DNA of 64,000 nt from an uncultured Gammaproteobacteria bacterium (GCA_964500725.1 CAZCNP010000006.1:3634-67633); one strand, 5' to 3'. Shown: positions 1 to 7,734, numbered from the stretch's first letter. The notes: generated by a model from the letters alone, not told the origin. Program-made: numbers and translations.

Positions 1-407
1 AAACTAAACTCCTCTCCATATGTAAGTCCTGCTCTTGATCCAGGAATATTGGCGCTGTTACCGATAGTTAAAACAGAATTTGCCTTGAAATATTCACTAG
101 CTACTAGAGCTGTCATTATCTTGGTAGTAGATGCATTAGGATAGGGGGTGTTGGCATCTTTTTGATATAAAATCGTGTCAGTTGTTAAATCTTTAATTAA
201 AACTGCCCGGGCGGAAAAACTTGGAACAGGTAAATTCTTGCTAACTGGTGGGATATTATATTTTTGAACACCAGCAATTTGAGAATTATTTTGAGGAATT
301 TGTCTAATAGTTATTAATTTGTCTGTAGAAACAACAACAAAAGGCGTAACAGTTGCAATAATTACAGCAAGCAAAATTAAACCGGCAGAATATAGATAAT
401 ACTTCAT
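1..407 (-). CDS. D-alanyl-D-alanine carboxypeptidase (PBP5/6-like, S11 peptidase), 5' part only; gene runs off the window start
   Basis: Minus-strand ATG at 407, no stop before position 1. Translation MKYYLYSAGLILLAV...ASTTKIMTALVASEY carries a signal/TM segment and the SxxK active-site motif (STTK). Confidence 0.55.
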   Translation of the reverse strand, partial: MKYYLYSAGLILLAVIIATVTPFVVVSTDKLITIRQIPQNNSQIAGVQKYNIPPVSKNLPVPSFSARAVLIKDLTTDTILYQKDANTPYPNASTTKIMTALVASEYFKANSVLTIGNSANIPGSRAGLTYGEEFS

Positions 408-429
408 GAAAAATATAGGACTAATTCTT

Positions 430-1788
430 TCAAGTTTTTTGAGAAAGCCTAATATCAACCCTTTCCATATCTCTTGGGAAAAGACTAGCCTCTCTCACAT
501 TAGAAAGATTCAGAACATGCATCGTCACTCGCTCCAGTCCAAAAGAGAATCCTCCTTCTGGGGGCATACCAAATTCAAAAGCCTGAAGATACATTTTAAA
601 ACTATCAGTATTCATTCCCCTACTTTTAATACTAGCGACAAGCTGCTGATAATCATTAATTCTCTGACTACCACTTAAAATTTCCAAACCCCTGAATAAT
701 AAATCATAACTTAGACTATATTCTGGATTTTGGGGATCTGGCATGGTGTAAAAAGGTTTTGCTGCAGTAGGAAAATGGGTAATAGTAACAAAATCACTAT
801 TATGCTTATTTCTGGACCATTTACATAAATCAATTTCATCCTGTGGGGTTAAATCTTTTTCCTTTCTATTATCGCGCCCAAATTCTTTATAGATAACCTC
901 TTGAGCTTCTCTTAAACTCAGTCTTGGAATTTTTCCTGAAAGCACTTTTTCAACACTAAATTCAGTTAGAGTATCTTCACATTCTTCCTCAGCCACTTTT
1001 AACATTTTAACTGCCACCCCTTCTAGTATATCTAACAAGTCTGTAAATTTAATAAAGCCCACTTCAATATCCATCTGAGTGCTTTCTGTTAAGTGTCTTG
1101 TAGTGACTGAGGGTTCTGCCCTGTAAGCTTTAGCTATTGTAAAAACTCTTTCAAATACTGGTATAAGCATTTGTTTATACAGTTGCGGACTCTGAGACAA
1201 ATAAGCTTTATGTTCAAAGTAATCTACCTTAAAAACTTCCGCTCCACCCTCAGTTGCTCCTGCCACTATTGTCGGCACAACAATCTCCGTACAACCTAAT
1301 TCATAGGCTGCTTGTCTAAATCCGGCAAGCAAACTTGATTGGACTTTAAAAATAGCCTTTACCTTAGGATGGCGCAAAGTAAGCGAGCGATAATCAAGAA
1401 GTGTAGGTAATTGCAAATCTAACTCTTTTGCTCCCATATCAAAAGGCAATTCTGCTGCCTCAGATAATACCTCAATATTTTCTGCAGAAATTTCAATCTC
1501 ACCTGTAGGAATATTCTTATTGACCAAATGCTCGGGTCTTTTATTAACTTTACCAGTTATACAAACTACATCTTGAGGGTGCAAATCCGGAGCTATTTCC
1601 TTGGTAGCTACTACCTGTATTACAGCTGACCTATCAGATACATCCAAAAATAAAATTTTCCCATGATCCCTTCGCACTTGTACCCATCCGTAAATATTAA
1701 CCTGCTCGCCAACTTTTTTATTACAATCTAAAATTAAGGTTCTATCCATATCCTCTGCATCATAACAGGAGCGTGTATAAATTGACAA
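430..1788 (-). CDS. aspS: aspartate--tRNA ligase, archaeal/eukaryal-type class II
   Basis: LSQSPQLYKQML, motif 2 FRAE...TRHLTE and motif 3 GGFSFGLERV fit AspRS rather than AsnRS. Track start is TTG at 1788; in-frame ATG at 1749 (MDRTLILD) is the more likely start. Confidence 0.8.
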   Translation of the reverse strand: MSIYTRSCYDAEDMDRTLILDCNKKVGEQVNIYGWVQVRRDHGKILFLDVSDRSAVIQVVATKEIAPDLHPQDVVCITGKVNKRPEHLVNKNIPTGEIEISAENIEVLSEAAELPFDMGAKELDLQLPTLLDYRSLTLRHPKVKAIFKVQSSLLAGFRQAAYELGCTEIVVPTIVAGATEGGAEVFKVDYFEHKAYLSQSPQLYKQMLIPVFERVFTIAKAYRAEPSVTTRHLTESTQMDIEVGFIKFTDLLDILEGVAVKMLKVAEEECEDTLTEFSVEKVLSGKIPRLSLREAQEVIYKEFGRDNRKEKDLTPQDEIDLCKWSRNKHNSDFVTITHFPTAAKPFYTMPDPQNPEYSLSYDLLFRGLEILSGSQRINDYQQLVASIKSRGMNTDSFKMYLQAFEFGMPPEGGFSFGLERVTMHVLNLSNVREASLFPRDMERVDIRLSQKT

Positions 1789-1815
1789 GATGCAGGCTAG
1801 ATGCTAAGATTTAAA

Positions 1816-2117
1816 TACAATTAAATATTTTAAATCCGTTAATCTGGAAGGTTGGAACCAGGTAGGAGAGCAAAAGTATGCTACAGAGGCAAAACTGTAA
1901 AAGATCAGCAACATGTGTCGAAGTTTCGGAGCATGTCATGAATAAGGTTAACTTATTCCTTTTTGACATCCCTGGCGACAGGGATTTTTTAATGGCAATA
2001 AGTTAATAAAACAAGGTGGCACCGCCTAATCTTGTAAGCAGAGCTTTCCTTTTGCTTTGCACAACATAGACCCTTGTTAGATTACGAAATATCGTAGTCT
2101 GACAAGGGCTTTTTTTG
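1816..2117 (+). promoter_or_regulatory. T-box-like leader RNA (copy 1): stem III hairpin, T-box sequence, antiterminator and intrinsic terminator
   Basis: ACAAGG-UGGCACC-GCC (2011-2026) resembles T-box consensus AGGGUGGNACCGCG. AACAAGG (2010-2016) can pair CCUUGUU (2072-2078), which overlaps terminator CCCUUGU(2071-77)/ACAAGGG(2102-08)+U7. Stem III at 1970-1983. Confidence 0.5.
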
Positions 2118-2148
2118 TGGCAGAAACAAAAGGGAGGAGGTGATATTG

Positions 2149-2484
2149 ATGACAAGATGTGATATGGAACAATTTAATGAATTACTAGGTCAGACTATAG
2201 CTACAATAAATGAGAGTACCCATACTGTAACTGGTATCAATCTAAATGGCCATCCCGAACAAAGAGGAGTATACAAAGGCTTAACAAGAGAAGGCGAAAT
2301 CATTTTGATCCAAGATACTCTTGTTAATTCTCCAATAACCAGAGGTATGATTATTAGAGATAAGGTTATCGTAAAAACAGTAGGCCTAGGAAGAAGTAGG
2401 ATTTTAAGAAAAATAACTGGTATAGATCTTATGAAAGGCTTTCTTGGATGTCAGCGATATTTTCAAACAAATACAGAAGGATAA
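2149..2484 (+). CDS. hypothetical small protein; N-terminus resembles an AbrB/MazE/SpoVT swapped-hairpin motif; paralog of 26616..26828
   Basis: RBS AGGGAGGAGG at 2131-2140 then ATG at 2149 (track starts at GTG 2140). N-terminal motif EQFNELLGQTIATI is shared with the other T-box-associated ORF (MRQFDQVGQTVPTI). Confidence 0.45.
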   Translation: MTRCDMEQFNELLGQTIATINESTHTVTGINLNGHPEQRGVYKGLTREGEIILIQDTLVNSPITRGMIIRDKVIVKTVGLGRSRILRKITGIDLMKGFLGCQRYFQTNTEG

Positions 2485-2520
2485 ATCAGAAAAAATATGT
2501 TAACATAGATTCATTCTTTT

Positions 2521-4359
2521 ATGGAAAACTTGGAGAAAATTGCAAAACTTATCAGGTATTTTATTTTAGTTTCTACCACTGAGGCAGGCTCGGGGCATGT
2601 TACATCATCTTTATCTGCAACAGATCTAATGACTGTTTTGTTATTTGATGGATTTTTTAAATTTGATGTAAAAAACCCTCAAAATCCAAATAACGATAGG
2701 TTAATCTTTTCCAAAGGCCATGCCTCCCCTCTTTTCTATTCTCTCTTTGCTGCAGCTGGAGCAATTACTGAAACAGAACTTAAAACATTAAGAAAATTTG
2801 GCAGTAGGTTAGAAGGACATCCTACTATGCTGTTTCCCTTTACCGAAGCTCCTACTGGCTCTTTAGGTCAAGGTTTATCTATTGGATTAGGCATGGCACT
2901 TTCTGCAAAATATCTAGATAAATTGCCTTTTAAAACTTATGTTTTGTTAGGAGATTCCGAGATGGCAGAAGGCTCTGTCTGGGAAGCAATTCAACTAGCT
3001 GCACATTACCAATTAGATAATTTAATTGGAATTTTGGACGTTAACCGTTTAGGCCAACGAGGGCAAACAATGTATGGTCACAATATTAAAGATTATGAAA
3101 AAAGAATTGCTGCATTCGGGTGGCAGACAATAGCAATCGACGGGCACTCGCTAAAAGAAATCCGAGGAGCTTTTAAAAAAGCTCAAGGTATGAAAGGTGT
3201 TCCAATAATGATTATTGCCAAAACTTTAAAAGGCAAAGGTATTTCGTTTTTAGAAGACAAGGATGACTGGCATGGCAAAGCTTTAAAACCTGAAGAGCTA
3301 GAAAAGGCGCTAGCAGAATTAGGTCCTATTGATAAAAAGCTTACAGGAAAAATAACCATGCCCCCTAAATTTAAAGATCAGAAATTAAAAGCTAAAGTTT
3401 CAACCCAAGATTCAAAAACGAACTACCAACTAGGAGAAAACATTGCTACTAGAAAAGCTTATGGAAATGCCTTAGTTAGAATTTATCCTCAATTTCCTAA
3501 CCTGGTTGTGTTGGATGCAGAAGTCTCGAACTCTACTTTTGCAGATATATTTAAAAAAGCTTACCCGGAGAGATTTTTTGAAATGTATATTGCAGAACAA
3601 AACATGGTCGGCACGGCTTTGGGTCTAGCAAGACAAGATAAGATTCCTTTTGTTTCAACCTTTGCTGCTTTTTTTAGCAGGGCTTTTGATCAGATTCGGA
3701 TGAGTCAATACGCAGATACTAATATTAAGTTTATTGGCTCTCATGCTGGAGTATCAATTGGTGAAGATGGCGCTTCTCAGATGGGTTTGGAAGATATTGC
3801 TATATTTAGAAGCCTATTAAATAGTGTTATTTTATACCCTTCAGATGCTGTTTCCACTGAAAAATTACTTACTGAAGCTGCCAAACACAAAGGAAATGTT
3901 TATATTCGCACTACCAGAAAAGACACTCCAATTTTATATCCAAATAACGAACAATTTCCAATTGGCGGGAGCAAGATTTTAAAAAGTAGTAATAAAGATC
4001 TTGTAACTGTAATTGGAGCAGGCATAACTCTACATGAAGCTTTAGCTGCATATGAACAACTAGCTAAAGAAAATATCTTAATTAGAGTAATTGATCTTTA
4101 CAGCATCAAACCTTTAGATATTAAAACTTTAGTAAAGGCATCACAAGAAACACAAGCAATTATTACCGTTGAGGATCACTTCGAGCAAGGAGGCATAGGT
4201 GAAGCTGTTTCTTCTACTCTTTCTGGTCATAAGACAAAAGTGTATTCCTTGGCAGTTAGAAAAATGCCAAGAAGTGGAAAACCAGCTGAGCTTTTGGAAT
4301 ATGAAGAAATATCTGCAAGTGCAATTATACAAAAAGTAAAAGAAATTATTGCATTTTAA
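2521..4359 (+). CDS. tkt: transketolase
   Basis: 612 aa with GHxxSxxS TPP-binding N-terminal motif (SGHVTSSLSATDLM), GDSEMAEG, and pyrimidine-binding and C-terminal domains. Confidence 0.9.
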   Translation: MENLEKIAKLIRYFILVSTTEAGSGHVTSSLSATDLMTVLLFDGFFKFDVKNPQNPNNDRLIFSKGHASPLFYSLFAAAGAITETELKTLRKFGSRLEGHPTMLFPFTEAPTGSLGQGLSIGLGMALSAKYLDKLPFKTYVLLGDSEMAEGSVWEAIQLAAHYQLDNLIGILDVNRLGQRGQTMYGHNIKDYEKRIAAFGWQTIAIDGHSLKEIRGAFKKAQGMKGVPIMIIAKTLKGKGISFLEDKDDWHGKALKPEELEKALAELGPIDKKLTGKITMPPKFKDQKLKAKVSTQDSKTNYQLGENIATRKAYGNALVRIYPQFPNLVVLDAEVSNSTFADIFKKAYPERFFEMYIAEQNMVGTALGLARQDKIPFVSTFAAFFSRAFDQIRMSQYADTNIKFIGSHAGVSIGEDGASQMGLEDIAIFRSLLNSVILYPSDAVSTEKLLTEAAKHKGNVYIRTTRKDTPILYPNNEQFPIGGSKILKSSNKDLVTVIGAGITLHEALAAYEQLAKENILIRVIDLYSIKPLDIKTLVKASQETQAIITVEDHFEQGGIGEAVSSTLSGHKTKVYSLAVRKMPRSGKPAELLEYEEISASAIIQKVKEIIAF

Positions 4360-4488
4360 TTATTACTGCTGTATAATTTTTTAATTGTTATGAATATATT
4401 AAAACAAAGCAACTATTTTTGGTTTTATTTTACTTCCCCAAGGGAGGCTAGCTAAGGCTATTTAAAAATAAGCCAAGAGCTTGTTAAA

Positions 4489-4512
4489 CCTCCCAATTAG
4501 GGAGGTTTTTTT
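4489..4512 (+). terminator. intrinsic terminator after tkt
   Basis: CCTCCC-AATTA-GGGAGG followed by T7. Confidence 0.6.
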
Positions 4513-4535
4513 GTGAGAAAAAAGAGAAAATAAAT

Positions 4536-5357
4536 ATGTACAAAGTTGAAAGAATAGAAAGAAGCGATATAATAAGGCCAGACGAGTTTGCTGTTGCCGG
4601 TGGCCCATGTGCAATAGAAACAGAAAAACAAGCTTTCGCTGTTGCACAGTCTCTTTACGAGATGGAGATACGGATATACAGAGGACAATTATGGAAACCC
4701 CGATCAAGCAGAGATAGTTTTCAAGGCATAGGGCTTGCAGGAATACCATGGTTGAATAGAATTAAAAGAGATTTCGGTATGGTTATTGCTACAGAGATTG
4801 TAGATAAAGACCAGATAAAACCAACCATTGATGTTGTAGACATACCATGGATTGGATCAAGAAATATGCAGAATTTCGAGTTATTAAAGGCTATAGCTGA
4901 TGATGGAACAAACCGACCTGTAATATTAAAAAGAGGCGCATCTGCAACAATTAAAGAGTGGTTACAATCCGCAGATTATATAGGCAGAGAAAGAGTTATA
5001 CTGTGTGAACGTGGAGTAAGAACTTCTACAGACTCAACAAGATACACTCTAGATTTAAATGGGGCTCTGGTGGCAAAACATGATCACGGAATGCCTGTAA
5101 TAGGCGACCCTTCTCATCCGGCCGGCCGTCGTGATTTAGTTTTACCCCTTGCTCGTGCCATTGTAGCCGCTGGGCTGGATGGAATGGTAGTAGAAATACA
5201 TACCAATCCCGAACAAGCCTTATCTGACAAAGATCAACAAATTACTCCTGAGACTTTTCGTGAAATGTTAAGACAAACACGAGCAATATATAAAGTGTTA
5301 AATCCCCCGGTTTTAAATGGCCATCATACTAGACTTTTATCACCTGCATTAGCATAA
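4536..5357 (+). CDS. 3-deoxy-7-phosphoheptulonate (DAHP) synthase, class I-beta type (KDO8P synthase cannot be fully excluded)
   Basis: 273 aa, KPRSS...FQGIGL and GDPSH motifs of the I-beta DAHPS/KDO8PS fold. Adjacency to pheA favours DAHP synthase. Confidence 0.7.
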   Translation: MYKVERIERSDIIRPDEFAVAGGPCAIETEKQAFAVAQSLYEMEIRIYRGQLWKPRSSRDSFQGIGLAGIPWLNRIKRDFGMVIATEIVDKDQIKPTIDVVDIPWIGSRNMQNFELLKAIADDGTNRPVILKRGASATIKEWLQSADYIGRERVILCERGVRTSTDSTRYTLDLNGALVAKHDHGMPVIGDPSHPAGRRDLVLPLARAIVAAGLDGMVVEIHTNPEQALSDKDQQITPETFREMLRQTRAIYKVLNPPVLNGHHTRLLSPALA

Positions 5358-5362
5358 TTTTT

Positions 5363-5446
5363 ATGAATATCAAACAACAACTTACCAATATACCAAATAA
5401 GGAATTCTTCTTTTTTACTCCGCCAAAGGACGGGGGTCATTCTTAA
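5363..5446 (+). CDS. candidate Phe leader peptide (27 aa): MNIKQQLTNIPNKEFFFFTPPKDGGHS
   Basis: Small ORF directly upstream of pheA with four consecutive Phe codons (TTC TTC TTT TTT, 5405-5416), ending just before the attenuator hairpins. Confidence 0.5.
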   Translation: MNIKQQLTNIPNKEFFFFTPPKDGGHS

Positions 5447-5498
5447 CATTTAAGTTAAGAATATCAAAGAGACACCCCCGCCCAAAGCGGGGTTTTTT
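5429..5498 (+). promoter_or_regulatory. transcription attenuator (antiterminator/terminator) of pheA
   Basis: Terminator CCCCGC(5476-81)-CCAAA-GCGGGG(5487-92)+U6. Alternative pairing CGGGGGU(5431-37) with ACCCCCG(5474-80) sequesters the 5' terminator strand. Confidence 0.5.
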
Positions 5499-5507
5499 AA
5501 TAAAAAT

Positions 5508-6443
5508 ATGATTAATGAAACAGAGTTAAAAATTAATGATCATCCAATAGTAGTAAAACTTGCTCAAGACAGAACAAAACCTAGAGTAGCTTGTTTAGGA
5601 CCAGCAGGTACTTACACAGAAGCAGCCAGATATGAATTATTAAAAGATCATCTGGATAGGATGGATCAAGAATTTCTCCCTGCCAATGCTAAAGTAGTCC
5701 AACAAGTAGAAGCAGGTGATTTTGATATTGGTATTGTTCCTGTTGAGAATGCCATTGAAGGAGACGTTGTTGAAGTCTTAAGAGAACTAAACCATACCAA
5801 AGAAACTACTATATTGGGAGAAACGATTTTAGGCATCGATCATATGCTAATCGGTCAACCAGGATCTAACACAGAAGAAATCCGTTCTCATCCTCAAGCA
5901 TTAGCTCAATGCAGAAGTTTTCTTTTAGAGAATTATCCTCAAGCAAAACAAGAACCATCGCTTAGCACCACAGCTGCTGTTGAGTATGCTTTACAACATC
6001 CAAGCACGACAGCAATTGCTGGCAGAAGAGCAGCTATAGTTTATAACCTGCCTATTTTGGCGGAAAATATTGGGGATGTTAAAGGTAATTCCACCCGCTT
6101 TTTAATATTGGGCAGAGGCGAAACTGAGCCCACAGGTCAAGATAGCACCGCTTTAATCTTCGTTCCGAGAGGAGACCGCCCAGGCATTTTAGCCAGATGC
6201 TTAACTGCCCTTGCTTCTTATGGAATTAATTTAACCAAATTAGACTCCCGCCCTACTGGAGTAATGAGAGAATATGCATTTTGGATTACTTTAGATGGTC
6301 ATATCAAAGATGAAATGGTCAGGCGAGGAATAGATGATTTAAGAGATACCTATTGTTCGTCATTAAGGGTACTTGGTTCTTATAGGAAAGCAGAACTACC
6401 ACAAGGGGCGAAAGACCCCGGAGCTATCAATAATAGTGGATAA
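5508..6443 (+). CDS. pheA: prephenate dehydratase (PDT catalytic domain plus ACT domain)
   Basis: 311 aa with PDT domain, C-terminal ACT domain and the TKLDSRP motif. Confidence 0.85.
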   Translation: MINETELKINDHPIVVKLAQDRTKPRVACLGPAGTYTEAARYELLKDHLDRMDQEFLPANAKVVQQVEAGDFDIGIVPVENAIEGDVVEVLRELNHTKETTILGETILGIDHMLIGQPGSNTEEIRSHPQALAQCRSFLLENYPQAKQEPSLSTTAAVEYALQHPSTTAIAGRRAAIVYNLPILAENIGDVKGNSTRFLILGRGETEPTGQDSTALIFVPRGDRPGILARCLTALASYGINLTKLDSRPTGVMREYAFWITLDGHIKDEMVRRGIDDLRDTYCSSLRVLGSYRKAELPQGAKDPGAINNSG

Positions 6444-6532
6444 CGGTAGATAAGATTTGCTAGATTGACAAATTGACACCTAAGAGTTATTCTATTATGA
6501 GCTAAGCTTAAAAGGCTTTGCTTTTTTCTTTT

Positions 6533-6634
6533 ATGTCAAAAGTTATTGTTGTAGATTTAAAAAAAGTTGAAATTTTAGTCAGCCTCCTTATTATGCTCCT
6601 TATTGGAGCATTTCTGGGAGGTCTTTTTAGATAA
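6533..6634 (+). CDS. candidate leader peptide / small hydrophobic peptide (33 aa): MSKVIVVDLKKVEILVSLLIMLLIGAFLGGLFR
   Basis: ORF covers segments 1 and 2 of the downstream four-segment attenuator. Run of Leu/Ile codons (CTC CTT ATT ATG CTC CTT ATT) at 6584-6604. No SD. Confidence 0.35.
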   Translation: MSKVIVVDLKKVEILVSLLIMLLIGAFLGGLFR

Positions 6635-6684
6635 AGTTTATCTAAAAGAAAGGAAATTAAGGCCTCCCAAATGGGAGGTTTTTT
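6582..6684 (+). promoter_or_regulatory. four-segment attenuator (two mutually exclusive hairpin sets) ahead of a three-gene hypothetical operon
   Basis: S1 CCTCC(6583-87):S2 GGAGG(6617-21)+UCUUUUU; S3 CCTCCC(6663-68):S4 GGGAGG(6673-78)+U6. S2 GGGAGG(6616-21) can instead pair S3 CCTCCC. Possible promoter TTGACA at 6473-6478. Confidence 0.45.
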
Positions 6685-6698
6685 ATTGGGAAAAGAAT

Positions 6699-7136
6699 AT
6701 GTCAACCATAGAACAAAGGAAACTATATTTAGGAAATACTGATAAACCTGATCCAACAGTATCTGCCCTTTTTGATAAAAGGGATCAATCTCGTGCGTCT
6801 ATACATCGAGAGCAAATAGCAACTAATCAATATGATCTAGCAGAAGAACGAAGACTTGCCAGAATAAAACGCAAGAGTAGAAAATCACATATTCGTCCCT
6901 CTTCGCCTATAAAAGAAGTTCAAACACCTACTATTGTTGAACCAATCGAAGACAGAATTGCTAGAATTGGTGCACTTAATGATTTGAGTTATGCGCTGGC
7001 TATGTTAAAAGCTGGAAGAAAATCAGGAGAGTTAAGCAGAAGAGAATTTACTGACTTACATCAAATTATTGCAGGTGATTACAGACAAAAACAAAGAGAA
7101 CATATGGAGCATATGTCTAAGAAAGGAGGAAATTAA
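6699..7136 (+). CDS. hypothetical protein (146 aa)
   Basis: ATG at 6699 (MSTIEQRKLYLG) after the attenuator. Track ORF from TTG 6603 runs through the terminator hairpins and is probably an over-extension. Confidence 0.5.
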   Translation: MSTIEQRKLYLGNTDKPDPTVSALFDKRDQSRASIHREQIATNQYDLAEERRLARIKRKSRKSHIRPSSPIKEVQTPTIVEPIEDRIARIGALNDLSYALAMLKAGRKSGELSRREFTDLHQIIAGDYRQKQREHMEHMSKKGGN

Positions 7137-7137
7137 A

Positions 7138-7440
7138 ATGACTTTAGAGTCAAAAAAAGGCACCACTTCACCTATCAATGGAGTAGATCCATCAAGCGTA
7201 TTTGATTATACTTTGCGAATTTATATTCCTATAGAAGAATATGAAGATCGCCTAGAAGAAGCACGCCAAGCTAGAGAGGCTACTGAAATAGCCTTAGCTC
7301 AAGAAATAGTTTCAAGACCATCTGCAAAACATACTACCACACAGGGAAGACGAAATGGTTACCATCGAAAAAATGGGGCAGAATCAACCCGTTTACAACA
7401 GCGGGGATCAATAAAAGGTTTTCAAACACCTAAACTATAA
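7138..7440 (+). CDS. hypothetical protein (100 aa)
   Basis: GGAGGA RBS then ATG 7138 (MTLESKKGTT); 2 nt after the stop of the previous gene. Confidence 0.5.
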   Translation: MTLESKKGTTSPINGVDPSSVFDYTLRIYIPIEEYEDRLEEARQAREATEIALAQEIVSRPSAKHTTTQGRRNGYHRKNGAESTRLQQRGSIKGFQTPKL

Positions 7441-7476
7441 CTTGATTAAAAGAATTTCTGAAAGGAGGTAAGTTTA

Positions 7477-7734
7477 ATGGTTGAAGCCATAAATGGAAAA
7501 AATCACCAACCTAATATGGAAAGAGTAAGCGAGGGGTTATTTGATGTAATTAGCGGCGGGGTAAGAGTTGCCCTAGAGTTAGGCCTTCTAACAACGGAAG
7601 GGCCTTACAGACCACAAGAAATGACTACAGCATTAGTTAGAAGAATGAGTGGCCAGAATATTGATGGTTTAGAAAGACAACTTCTAGATATTCAAAGAGT
7701 AATGTCTGTTCTTAGGCAAGTTTTAGATCCTTAA
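7477..7734 (+). CDS. hypothetical protein (85 aa)
   Basis: AGGAGGT RBS then ATG 7477. Third gene of the small operon. Confidence 0.5.
   Translation: MVEAINGKNHQPNMERVSEGLFDVISGGVRVALELGLLTTEGPYRPQEMTTALVRRMSGQNIDGLERQLLDIQRVMSVLRQVLDP

Noticed and set aside
406-678. Plus-strand 90-aa ORF at the aspS 3' end
   Set aside because: It lies entirely antisense within the well-supported aspS gene, has a low-complexity translation, and has no RBS.
1789-2139. Considered SRP RNA, tmRNA or 6S RNA for the structured aspS/ORF intergenic region (GGTGGCACCGCC block)
   Set aside because: None of the SRP domain IV (GGAA tetraloop and symmetric loop) or tmRNA tag-reading-frame features are present. The UGGNACC bulge flanked by helices and overlapping a terminator fits a T-box antiterminator much better.
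4141-4749. Minus-strand ORFs 4141-4332, 4462-4749 and 4497-4688
   Set aside because: Antisense to tkt or spanning the tkt terminator and DAHP synthase start. Hydrophobic low-complexity translations typical of AT-rich antisense frames.
6603-6698. 5' extension of ORF 6603-7136 (TTG start) through the attenuator hairpins
   Set aside because: It would place two intrinsic-terminator hairpins inside the coding region. An ATG at 6699 sits cleanly downstream of the attenuator.
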